DNA of 64,000 bases from Nitrospirales bacterium (lineage in GTDB: Bacteria > Nitrospirota > Nitrospiria > Nitrospirales > UBA8639). The DNA lies in NCBI GenBank assembly GCA_965203295.1, contig CBDBCZ010000014.1, forward strand, positions 672,001 through 736,000, written 5' to 3'. Under the pieces are notes generated by a model. It had not been told where the DNA came from. It worked only from the letters and a program-made list of their open reading frames with translations, and did not search any database. This document shows positions 52,029 to 64,000 of the stretch, piece by piece. Each line of letters opens with the position of its first letter. Position 1 is the first letter of the stretch. Made by a program: the position numbers and the translations under genes.

Positions 52029-52730
52029 GATAGATCACTGCGTAGCGGGGTGTATGACCCGTTATCTACCGCGGGAAAAGTTATCTCCCGCGGAAGCCAA
52101 GGAAGTTCCGAGGGCGAAGCCCGAGGTACTTTCGAGGCTTCCAAGGGAGATAACTTTTCCCAAGGTAGGTAACGGGTCATACAACCCGCTACGCAGTGAT
52201 CTATCTATTTTGTACTAAAAAGAGTTGGTAGATCTGTAAGAAAAGCTAGAAGCTTGAAAGGCTGCACCGTTCGGCACGACAGAGCAAGCGGGCCAACTAG
52301 CATCAAGACTCGATTGACGGAGTAGAAGACTAAGCTACAGCAAGGAAAACATTCCCAGAAACTGTAGCAAGACTGAACAAGAGCTAGGAACCATAGTAAG
52401 TAACCATCCAGCCTAGTGCCATTTGACACAAAACGGAAAGCTGGCAGCGTTATCACACGCACAAAAACACAGAATCTCAGCAAAACTAGAAAACAGTAGC
52501 TTACCGTACTTTTCCATATCACTTTCCAACGATTTATGAGTAAAATAGCTGCCATACAATCTGCCTAGGCTCCCCCAGCCACCAGCTACTGTAGCTTTCT
52601 CACCGTTTGAACGACTGGAACGGAACCGGGTACCGTTTCACGTAGGCAATCGGGGTATATTTTTTCCCGCGGTAGAATATGACCCGTTATCTACGCGAAA
52701 TGCTGAAATCTGATTGGTTAGAATGACTTA
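52029..52730. mobile_element. Foldback element with long terminal hairpin (possibly non-autonomous Crypton-like)
   Basis: ~177-bp imperfect palindrome at 52029-52205 centred on GGGC-GAA-GCCC, a third copy of ATGACCCGTTATCTAC at ~52679-52694, then CTGATTGG. Confidence 0.6.
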
Positions 52731-55002
52731 GGTATAGTATAATGAGTACATAATGCCCATTATGTTCAATACTTAGTACAGTCTTGTTCTCCAACTAATA
52801 TGCCAAATTAGGACTTGAACAGGCCACATGTAGCAGTGACTTATTCTGTATGCCATTATGGGCCATCTGGGCTGCTACAAACACGAAACTACGTAGTTTG
52901 TTGCACATTATGTAGTGGTCAGGCGTGGGCTGGCCCACAAGACTAAATGTGTATAGGGACAGTACTAGTCTGACTAAGTTGAGTTGAGCAGGAACAGGAC
53001 TAGCCACCGACACAGACTATTTGCCAATGTTGTTTTTATGAAGCTACAAGAACCAGTAACAGACAAAGAGGTTATTGACTACAGAGCATGAAAGAGAGGG
53101 GGGGTATAATGAGTTTTGCATGTTCGTTGCCCACTGCAATAGTCAAATAGGAATCTTTGCTCTGCATGGAGACATTTCAATGAGTCATAAAAGTGCTATT
53201 TAATCTATCACATGCTAGGAAAGTAACGTTGCTTTCTGTGCAGTTGTTGCATTGCATTGATGAGTTCATGTGGAGAAAAGTTTTTAACATATTAAATATG
53301 TTAAAAGCTTTTTCTATTATAATTTTTATGTATTTCTATCTTTGTTTCTGTGTTTTATTAAAATAGGTATTTGAAGGAATAATTCTGAATCTATACCAAC
53401 TCTCTGTAGGTGTCTATCATCAATATGATGTGATTTGTCTGCCACACCAAGCGAAAGTGGGACTTGTATGGAAAATGTTCGGATATGCACTGAGCACATC
53501 ATTCAACAGGCTCTTATAATTGCTCTGGAAACCTACCTACTCCCACTGCAAAGAGATTTCACAAGTTTACGTGTGAAAGCAATTGATTTATCAACAAGAG
53601 CAAGGAACATTTTGGAGTGTCGGAAAACATTTAGTCTCATTATTTCTTCACTGGTTAGTCCAATGTATGAACAACGTTTAATGATGGCCAGGCATAACAC
53701 TGTCATTTATGTAAGTAGGTTCAGTGTTTGATTTAAAGAATTTAGTGTTAGATAATTAGTGACAACGTGAGGGTGTGAAGGAGAGCTACATATGACGTGG
53801 TGTCATACCTAAAGGTAACTTACGATGTTCTGGAAGACCAAGTGTGAATAGAATGTGTATTGAACAGAGTCTGTTATGTCATACTTACAAGTTTTCCCTT
53901 GAATTCTTTACCAAATCTGCTGGCATCTGAGGGATCTGAAACATATTTCACTTATTATAACAATGTAGTGTACACTTCCAACAAGGGATGTAGAAATCAT
54001 ACAACTGGAAATTTTGCAAGCCACGCATCTTAAATTATTAATATAGATTACCCTTGATTATCCTTGTAGCAGCTGTTTTCTGCTAAAACATTCCTTTGTG
54101 CACCTTTCTTGATAATTAAAGAGATCTCTACCGTGCTAAAATTAACGCCATTGTCCCCATGTAGGATGCATTCAATTGGATTGAGCGAATAGCAGAGCAA
54201 CTGGCTAAACAAGACTGTGAAAGTCAGGAACTGCATCTTGGAAGATTTTGTTCTGCTGTCACTCTTGTATACCTTGTTGACTACCTTCATATGATCTTGA
54301 AAGTGGATTACAACATGAAGAATCCACGGAAATGTTTTCAATACCTTCTCAAGATGATGAAACCACTACCAGATGATAAAAAATCTACTTGTCTGGAATT
54401 TCCCTTAATGGAAGAGGAATCCATTTCAAATATGAGGTACAGTTACCCCCTATGACTACAGTATTGCATCAATGTGTTCATAACAATTTTTTTGCTAGGG
54501 GTATGCTTGAAAACGGAAGATGATTTCTGTACTCCTGGAAACAAATATTGAATGGCTGAACGCAATACCATTTTTGCACTTCCTAAGAGGAGACATCATT
54601 CCATTCCAGTATGCTGATCAAAGTGAACCTAGTGGAACCAACTGGGAGAAAGCATTTACTGGGCTTGATCATGATAGAATATCAAGAACTCAAAAGTAAG
54701 AAAAATATTACGTACAGCACTTTACTTCTATAATACCATTATTCTACATTCTGTGGTTTATGACTGCGTTAGGTATAAGTTGTACTTTTTACTTGCTATA
54801 TAAATAACTAAAAGCACTGCATTCCTCTCTTGTAGTGGCACTGTTTTGGGATATCATGTTGAAATTCCTTGCAAATATGTAGTCAGTGCATTGGAGTGAC
54901 CATCAAGCGCTCTAAACAACTACTTCGTTATTAATTAGCCTGTGTTTACGGTTTTGCTTTTGTAGAGGTGTTCTCTAAGCTCTGCTTATAAGTGTGATTG
55001 AA

Positions 55003-55063
55003 GTATTGTGTACTTCAATATGTATGTTGAACTATTCAACATACATATTGAAGTACACAATAC
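55003..55063. repeat. Perfect inverted repeat, 29-bp arms and 3-nt loop
   Basis: GTATTGTGTACTTCAATATGTATGTTGAA-CTA-TTCAACATACATATTGAAGTACACAATAC. Confidence 0.9.
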
Positions 55064-56845
55064 AACTCCATGAGGCAGCACCATACGTTTAGAAATTATA
55101 ATATTAGATGGTGAAATCTTTTAGGCATTCTTGACATGTCGTACACATTCATCTGAAAATGTTAATAAGTTTTTCGTGTGAGATAATTATGCCTATTCTA
55201 CCAATAGGTGAAATATTTACAGAACTATGTTAATGAGCTAATTGAAGCTGTGGACTTCTTTGGCACTCCAGCAAGTTTTGGATCGTAAGTGCTGAATTTG
55301 CTGCAATTAGACTAAAATTCTGGCACTAAAATAGCAAACATCTTGCCTTATGGCTAACTGGAGTATTGGATATTCTTTCAACATTTTGTTCTTCAGAACT
55401 AACTCATCGCTTGCTAGTTTGCAGTTGTATTAAACTTTTGCTGAACAGTACTAGTCTCAATATTGTGATGATGTTAGCAGACTTTGATGGAAGGAAAGAA
55501 GTACTTATGGGTTCTCTTGAAATAGAACTTGAAAATTGGATGAAGATGGAGTATGTCACAGACTGTAGGATGGAATCTTCAATATTCAGTATTTATCTGG
55601 AGGCTTCCTAACTCACTAGAATACCTAATCTCGCTGATATGTTGGAAGCCTGTTTTTAGATGTTAACTGTGATAGCTTTCGAGATATTTTACTGCCACAG
55701 AGCTGCTTACCTGATACAGTAACCTGCTCCAATTGCTCAAACTGTGACAGTAGTGTGCTAGTATGCTTAGTAGTTTCATAGCACTATACTGAAGGCTGTA
55801 TAGTACCATACATTGGAATGGCATTATGAAGGGTCAGTATCTCAAGCATGCATAGGCTTTGAGTATAATCTCCTCAGAGAGCTAGCTAGTAGTAACAACG
55901 GCTGCATGCCCATGTTTTATGGCTAAACAAGCTGTATTTTATATGTTGAATGATCCTAGAACTAAGCACTATATAGCTATTCCGCAGATTATCTTGCTTG
56001 AAGGATTTAGTTTCTTCAGTTACTTGAAATCATTGGTGTCAGTTGTTTTAATACACCATTGTTATATTTTTGGTTATTTTCAACAGATATGGACACTTTT
56101 TTCTGGATATAGACTGTCCTGCATCACTTAGAGAATCCTTTGAAAGGTGTATTACTGCAGTATTTACCACACGGATAGCTGAGATGGAGTTGCAGAGAAG
56201 ACTAAGCTATCTGGAAAGCAGAAAAAGCAGGTTACCCCCAAAACTGATGGATGTCTTTACAGCTTCTCTGTTACAATCTATAGTGGATGGAGAGTTTAAG
56301 GTAGTTACAAGTACCCTTGGTAGTTGCAAATACTGATTTTTTACTTGAAACTATCTTTAAATTTACTAGGAGCATGATTTAGAAGGTGGTGTCGATTTAT
56401 TTCGCTCTGAATCGCCAAGAGTTGCAAGTGTTCTAAGTGCTTTCTTGCAGCATCAGTATCCCGATCCTGATACAATAACCCTCGATTGCATTTTCAAGTG
56501 GAAGTTTTGGCTGCAGTACCTACAGCTATTTGGTATGTATGTTATGATTGTAATGTTTAGTGCTAAAAAATTTGCCATAGATGGATGGTACATATATGCA
56601 TGTATTAAAAAAAGAGACAGTGAAATGTACAAGCTTTGGAAGGTGAAATTTTTTGTTTTGGTATTGAGGCAGAAGCATGTTTTTGGGTCTGAAGCTTTAA
56701 AAAATAATTTTCGGCACTGTCAAATTCACCAGCTTTTCCTAGAGGTGAAAACTTTACCAGCATAATTGTTTTTCCATTGATGAAATCATGCAACACATTT
56801 CACTGAGCTTATGGTATAAACAAAACAGTATGCCTGCTGTACTTT

Positions 56846-57391
56846 ATTGCCGAGCGCCTTAGCACGAGGCAAGTAATCGTGTATCGCATTCGGCTTGCGT
56901 TTGTATGTATGTATATCCGTCACGCTTGGGCGTGGTTTCTGTCGTCTGGTCCGGTCCCCAGATCCCCATACTGCGGCTTTTCCAGGCCACGGCCACGTGC
57001 TTACGTAGCCTCTTCGCTGCGTTCGATGGAGCTTTAATAGATATGGAGGAATCCAAGCGTGATCGCGCTAGAGCGCAAAAGCAAAAGCAAAGAGCCGCTG
57101 CTTCAGAAGACACGCAGGCAAAGGAGAGAGAAGACGACAGGTTGCGAAAGATACGATGTCTGCAGGGAGAAGGGAGCGGTGCCAGGTAAGACCACTTCAT
57201 GTATTTTGGCGCTAGAAGACCTCACTGACATCCTCGAACTCGTGAAAAGGACAAGGACGCTTCGCCATCATCACACACGCCACAGCAACTAGCTATACAG
57301 CAAGCTACACGTGGTTACAACAAAAAATCGACTTGCATATCTCCGGATATTCTTCCGCGCGAGGCATACTCTGCGCATGCGTATTCCTAGT
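56846..57391 (+). mobile_element. Helentron-like non-autonomous element
   Basis: 5' TTGCC..GAGGCAA hairpin, (GTAT)n, R/E-rich ORF remnant, 3' CGAGGCA plus hairpin plus CTAGT. Confidence 0.6.
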
Positions 57392-57802
57392 TATGATGTG
57401 GCATTCCATTTGTTCTACAGCAATCAGGGCTGAGGTGACTCGACGAGATGTGACCATACTGCCAACTCTAAGTACAGCAGGTGAGCAGACTGTATACTGT
57501 AAGTACATTGGGTGAGCAGAGATAGATATGTGAAGTGCTGTATTTTGATGAGCCAGCCCATTGGGAGAATAGCAACTAAAGACTCCACTCCAAATAATAA
57601 TAATATTGAGTTTTGCCATTCTGCGTTCCCCTCTTCATGCCAAACTATTATTTGCACTTTATCTTTACTACTTTTGGTAGTGTAACCATATGCTGTCTTG
57701 TCATCTCTCTAAGTAACAGTATAATAGTGAGTAATATAGAAGCCTTCAGTACTAGCGTGTATATGCAAGTCCATGTCATATTATGGCAACAGGAGCTGTT
57801 GA

Positions 57803-58264
57803 TTAGCTATAACAAGTCTGACATTTCATGTCTGAAAACCAGCCGGACGCCTTTCCCGTACAATACACACAACTCAGCTTAGGCCAAGCTACTAAACTAC
57901 AGCTGTAGAGCCAGAGATACTATATTCCTAGAGCGGTACAGCGAAAGTGCTGACTCAGCAGTTTCGTTATGCGCCTCCAGTTAGTAGCTATGCGCCAAGA
58001 AACCAGGATATTTACGGCTACCTACCATGTTTTCACCTTCTAAGCAACACAAAACTACCTTCATTTGCTGTAGCTTGGCCTGCAAATTTCCAAACGCTGC
58101 TATACACTGCAGTTGCATAGTAACGTATGACGTAATATAATGCGCACGTGATAAGTGCGGACGCACAAACAGACAAACAAACAAACAAACAAACAAACAG
58201 ACGCGGAAAACGTAAAGCAATCTTAGTACCAGCCGTTCGTGCGCTGCGCGCGCTCCGGCTGGTG
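57803..58264 (-). mobile_element. Helentron-like (HINE-type) element
   Basis: Shares ends with 38919-39270; (CAAA)n microsatellite at ~58166-58199. Confidence 0.65.
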
Positions 58265-59827
58265 AAAAAGAGATCGGTAAGTTGACACATTCACATTAAT
58301 TACCCTAAGGTGTTGTCTACCTTTCACACCTTATAAGTTGATGTCATTTTAAATTAAGGCTTAATTGCGTTTTCGTGAAAGTCTATTCACAATCGAATTT
58401 TCATCATCATTCATAATGACCTTTTTAAACCTGGTCCTTTTCTAAGATATATAGATATTTACAAAATGTAAACATGTAAATTGGAGTTAACACACCAGGG
58501 TAGACTAAGTATTCCACCAATTTGGGATCAGCGAGGACACGTACCATCACGCATGCGCAGTTGTACAGTTGTTTCTACTCACCCGTAACCTTTACACTTG
58601 GGAGTGTGGTTGACTAGATAAATAATGCATTGTAGGAATATTTTATGGTTTTCAAAGGCTCCAATTTGTTCAAAGCATTATAAATACATTGTATAGGAAA
58701 TAGTCTTCATAGGCTAGCCAATGTGTCCACAGCATACGTAGTTTGGGTGGACATAAGGAATGTATAAATCGGCCAATTAAATGAAAACTCTCGAGGTTGC
58801 ACTGCACTATTGATGCCAATGTGCGGTATCACAGTATATGATGTACGTATTAGGTTTCACAAAATATTGCTACTTGTGACTCTGTAATAGGTAACTCACA
58901 AGCAAAATCCCTTGCCTAGAAAATATCTTAAATCCATTCACAATCTTCTCTTTTTACTACAGATTCAGGGCTTGACAAAGAATTTAAAGAAAACGACTGA
59001 AACAAGAAGGTATGTTCCCTTTGTACATCCGCCCATAAACAGGGCAGTGACAAAGTGACTGTAAGGTTTTTATGTTTTCCGAGAAAGTGCTTAAAGAATG
59101 CTAGATGAATTCTACACTATACTAGAAGAAGAAAAGCCAGGTTTTTTCTGCAGACTTTGGGATGAAAGAGTAAACACTCGCTTTTCTGAAATAGAAAACG
59201 AGCCTCAGTCTCTTACATATAAAGATATTGATGAAAGAGTTTGGCAACAGATATATAAGGAATGCGAAGAAACACTGCAACAGTTGTCAAGCCTTAAGCT
59301 ATCTCTCCAAAATGTGAATTGCTACTTTTTTGAACAGTATGATGGAAAGAAGCATTTAGAGAATGATTTGACGAAACACTGTATTGCCATGAATAGATGT
59401 AATGAATTAAAACCTTCAGACAATAAACTACCTGCCTTTGAAATTCAATGTATTGCTGATGCAGTTGCTCCTATTAAATTATATAAGTAATGTATCTTTG
59501 TCATTATGCTACAGCAGCTGAAGCAATTATTAAGTTGGTGGCACTTTTGGGTTGACTGGTGACTTTACTGTTGTGGAAACGCTGTCAAAAGCTGTAAGCA
59601 ACTATGGCTACATAATTTAGGCAGTTTATAACTACCATCTACATGAGTTGCCGCTTACGTGTACATCCAGATTTCTTCTTACATTATTTCCAACAAAATT
59701 GTGGTGCCTATTATTCTCAAATTATTCTGGGAATGATTTGCCAAGGCCTATCAGTGTGTCCATACCACTAAGTACAGAGACCACATGCCTGTATAATGAG
59801 ACTTCAAGGTAATGAATGAGTATGGAA

Positions 59828-60249
59828 CATGGCTGTAGCGGTTACATAACTGTCTGCAGGCATATGTTATAGTCCTGTACAGTCGTGTAGAAGTGAGCAA
59901 GACTGACTGAAGTTATAAATAGGCAAACAGCCACTTTCTAGAAGCTGTAGCATAGCTGCGGACACCGTGAGTCCAGTCCAGTGCGAACTGTTGAGTCCAG
60001 TCCACCAGTCCAGTCCAGCTACATATTGTAGACACCCCTTGCAACATGGCTGTAGCGGTTACATAACTGTGTGCTGGCATATGTCCTAACTTGAAGTCTC
60101 ATTATATATACATGTGACATTATAGTCCTGTACCTCGCTGTACAGCCGTGTAGAAGTGAGCAAGACTGACTAAAGTTATAACTAGGCAAACAGCCACTTT
60201 CTAGCAGCTGTAGTATAGCTGTGGACACCGTGAGTTCAGTCCAGTGCGA
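59828..60249. repeat. Two-copy local direct duplication
   Basis: ACATGGCTGTAGCGGTTACATAACTGT...GGACACCGTGAGT.CAGTCCAGTGCGA at ~59828-59986 and ~60044-60249. Confidence 0.8.
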
Positions 60250-63200
60250 TCCATTTCTGTTGAGTCCAGTCATCTGTATAGGTAGATCGTGTCCATACGA
60301 TGCCTGGGTAAGTCTTGTCATCCGTGCTATACCAAGTCCTGTATTAGAAAACCCTTTCTTCCTGGCTGTTTTGGCATTTAAATTCGTCTGCTTTTTTGGC
60401 TGTTATACATTTTGTTGTAACTGCCACAGGCTCGAATTCAGCTCACATACAATTTTGAATGTAAGGTGCTACAATAGCCCTCTTGATAGGTAAATAAAGT
60501 ATACTAACACACTTTCCACACCGTACATTGATTCTTGGCTGTGCATTATTTGTGCAAACTGGCATGTGGACAACACACGATTGCCAGCATAATAAAAACA
60601 ACTCATCTTTTCTCCAGCGCCTGTATAAGTTAAACAAAAGTTAAACTACTCCCAGGTCACAAATGTATCTGTAGTTATTCATCTGTCCATACTTTGCATA
60701 CTTGGTATTGTGGTTGCCTACTCGATAGTACTATACATAAGCTACTATACAATACACTATTCCTGTAGGAATCTTTCCTCACGTTATTTATCACAATTTA
60801 CGGTGACTCATGGAAGTGGAACGGAGGAACTTCAAGAATTGGGTGAGGCACTGAAAGAAATTTCTTACCCAGCATTGGAGCTAGAAAAGAAAGGTAAGAA
60901 TAACATGGCATTTGTAATTCAGTCAGTAAACAAACTGTGCCCTATAAGAATACACATGTGTATATTAAATTTTAATGATATTCCTTAGATATACTTGAAC
61001 GTAGGAGGACAGGAATCTAGTTTACAACCATCGATGGACAGCACAGTCTTATTGTAGTGAAGAAAGGTACGTCACCCGGTTAAAGGAGTGTTATGTGTAT
61101 CTGTATATTAAGTAAAGTGTTTTTATAAATACAGAGGAAGTCTGGAAAGCAGTGCTGTATCTGTACATGAAAGACTCTTCTTTACCACTGCCTACATTTG
61201 AAGAGTTCTAATCTGCACGCCCTCAACAACAACTGAAGGGGTTAGCTTTTTTCTAATCGATAATGTGGTTCAAGATAATAAATAAGTATCACAAAAGTTG
61301 TACTGAAGAAACATATATTTCAGTTCATACTATTCTATTGTATTTCAAAGGCACAATCTTGATCATTATATTTTGTCCATATTATGCTAGTGTAATTTTG
61401 AGCATAGTAGGTGTGGCTTGGCATAGGGGAATTATGCCAGCATACAAGGTGAATAAATACCTGTACCTGCAATAACCGGTGGTTTATTAGCTGATTCTTT
61501 CAACAATCACCAACAACAGTGCCTGGAAGACTACATTAAAGCTTCTATTATGTTACAACAACAGCTGACTTTTGTTTGTAGTTGTGTTGACTATTGCATT
61601 TTGGCATGATGTGCATCGTGCACATTTCCAAAGTGTTTTTGTGTTCCGAATTGTGTAGCATACTGAGTAATTGAAATATACGTAATGGAGGTATAATAGG
61701 AATTTTTCATTGTACATCCAGTTGATTCACTTATTGCTTACCACTCTTACAATCCCAAAAGCTGCTAATAGAATGCAGTTGCGTACGTTGTGTATTATTA
61801 ATGTGCGATGTTTTTATAATGCAGAGATGATATGTACACCGACCAATGCGCAAGCAACAAACACAGAAAATGCCATAAAAAAACATGGGAAAAACCGTTT
61901 GTGCACTTTGCATGCACCCAGCTTTTAAAAAGTAGTCACTACAAGTGATTCTTGTGGGTAGTGTATTATCACTTTAACACTGTTTTCCTGATAAAACATG
62001 TTCTAAAATTTGTAGGGGTATGCCTTCTAATGTGAGCTACGTATATTAGCCTCATTCCCACCGTTTATCTCACTTTTCTCCCCAGCGGCAAGGGTGGGAA
62101 ATACTGGGAACAAGGCTAAGCTATATAACCATACAGAAACAGCAGTACTGACTGAACTAGTGAGGCTTGGATGAGTGTTTCTCACAAATGACTATTGTTT
62201 ATTGTGCAACACCCTTACACAAGTATTCTTTTCATATTTTAATATACCCATCCCGCCTATATGTACTTGATAGTACTGTTACTTTCGATAGGTCACACTA
62301 CTGTGGCGGCGGGCTGTCAGTGATCCAGAAAAGAAGCGAATCTTTTGTCTAGTACATGCTGAGAAGCTTTCCTATATCAAGTTTGTGATGAAGACCTCAG
62401 AGAACGTGATATCATCACACAAGGATGTCCTGGTACGTTAGTGTAACAAAGCAACTACAATTTCTGTAAACACACCAGAAAACAAGTTGTACTATATACT
62501 GTGTGGGTGGTTCCAAGGTGGTCACGTGCACTGTCAGGAGTGGTGAGAATTGCACATTTTTGCAGCATAGGGAGTAATAATCATGGGGTACTTTTCCACG
62601 AGGTTTAATTGCATCAGCCTGCAGAGAATAAATACAGAGTTACCTGTGTGTGTTTACAGAAATTGTAGTGCTTACCTTGATTTAGTTTTCCTTTTCTCAA
62701 ACATTTAGTTTCACTCTACACTTGTCATAAGGATGATCGTACTTATGAGGATCTGTCTTCATATTGATAAATATACATACACTCACTTGCAAGGAACCTA
62801 GAGGTCATATGGGAAGCTCAGACTGTTGACTTCTTTCTATTACATTCAGAAGAGTCATTCTAAGGTCTCTGCATTTTCGTAATGTAATAGATTGTTCCCC
62901 ATTTTTGTAAAAACAACAAAAGTGACCCTTAGTACTACACGAGTTCACTTAGAAAGCACCAAACTATAGCAAATGTACGTATGAAAGTCGACACTCTAAC
63001 TTGGTAGTAAGACAAAGAAATGTAGCGGACTATTATTGATAGCTAGTTATACACAAAGATTCAGCTTTGCACATGTACTCTACTTTGATAATACTGCTTT
63101 TTACAACAAATTCACTTTTATTCGCTGGCAGTCAATAGCTGTCAAAATACAGCAGGTACCTTTTCGCCAGGAAGTGACCACGTGCGCTAATAGTGGAATG

Positions 63201-63339
63201 CAATTAACTCTGTTGGCTGATAAAACGTCTTGGGCAGAGAGGAGCAATAATAGCCGTTCCATGGATGATCTTGTGTAGGTTTAGCAGTTTTCTGATTTGT
63301 AAAACTGTAAATGTCTCTATATACTTAGCTATTACCAAA

Positions 63340-64000
63340 GATACACTTTACAATCCAGACGGAGGCCACCTCAACTGTCTTGAGTAGACTCTGTGTAAGC
63401 CAGTCTGGAGTTTTAGTATGTAAGCTGTGTTTCTGTACAGTAGTCTTTGTTAGTCAGTCTGGAGGTTCAGTATTCAAGCCGTTTTTCGATACAGCAATAC
63501 TCTCTGTCATTTAGTTAGTATAGAGTTTTAGTATTTGAGTCATGGTTCTGTACTGCGTTGGTCTCTGTCTGTCAGTTGGTCTGGAGGTTTAGTATTTAAG
63601 TCGTGTTACCCTACTGCATTAGATGTTGGACTTTTACAATATAAGTTGTGTTTCTGTGCTATAGTAGTCACGGTCTGTCAGTTAGTCTGAAGTTTTAGTA
63701 TTTAACGTGTTTTTGTACCGCATTAGTCTCTATCTGGTAGTTAGTTAGAGTTTTAGTATTTAAGCTGAATTTTTGAACTACATTAGTTTCTGTCAGATAG
63801 TCAGGAGTTTTATCCATGCTTTCGTACCGTATGTCACTCTGTCTGTTATTCAGTCTGGAGTTTTTGTATAAAAGGCATGGTTCTATACTGCTTTAGTTTC
63901 TATGTGTTGGGTAGTCTCGAGTTTAAGCTGTGTATCTCGACTGCATTAGTCTGCGTCAGTTAGTCCTAAGTTTTAGTCGTGCTTCTGTACTGCATTGGAC
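63340..64000. repeat. Degenerate minisatellite, ~55-60 bp unit, running off the window end
   Basis: Repeats of GTTAGTCTGGAGTTTTAGTATTTAAGCTGTGTTTCTGTACTGCATTAGTCTCTGTC. Confidence 0.9.

Larger units (their letters stand above)
51793..62432 (+). pseudogene. RNF213: RNF213 (mysterin)-like pseudogene, N-terminal part
   Basis: PLEYKY (~51870), GVYHQYD (~53410), VWQQIYKECEETLQQLSSLKLSLQNV..LENDL (59098-59490), LGLTGDFTVVETL (~59550), LPLPTFEE.LICTPSTT (~61180-61240) and FCLVHAEKLSYQV (~62344). Multiple frameshifts and stops. Confidence 0.8.

Noticed and set aside
58355..58870. Possible TTAA-flanked DNA transposon
   Set aside because: The inverted-end match is too weak and no second TSD was seen.
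63340..64000. Regular ~58-bp periodicity resembling a CRISPR array
   Set aside because: The whole unit repeats and is degenerate, there are no unique spacers or cas genes, and the context is eukaryotic.

Overview
Repeat-rich animal genomic DNA, probably from a demosponge (inferred from gene content and MITE style; not provable here). The dominant structure is a large imperfect palindrome: left arm ~4090-18063 and right arm 28200-~50100. Each arm carries a decayed CEP78 gene and a decayed CDC50/TMEM30 gene, the latter with a U12-type minor intron. The ~10 kb spacer holds three damaged transposons of different classes: a Crypton-type tyrosine recombinase fragment, a TIR-bounded MULE (ZSWIM3-like N-terminus, DDE core, SWIM, Ulp1 protease, PHD finger) and a CRE-like RT-RLE retrotransposon. 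The last 12 kb hold a frameshifted RNF213 (mysterin)-like gene. Comparing the two arms gives filled versus empty sites for Helitron, Helentron, Tc1/pogo-type and P-like insertions. It also suggests that the abundant TACATGTA, TACGTA and TAGCTA words are transposon excision scars that broke reading frames. I found no intact host gene, no RNA gene and no CRISPR array. All protein family calls are motif recognition by eye, not database searches.
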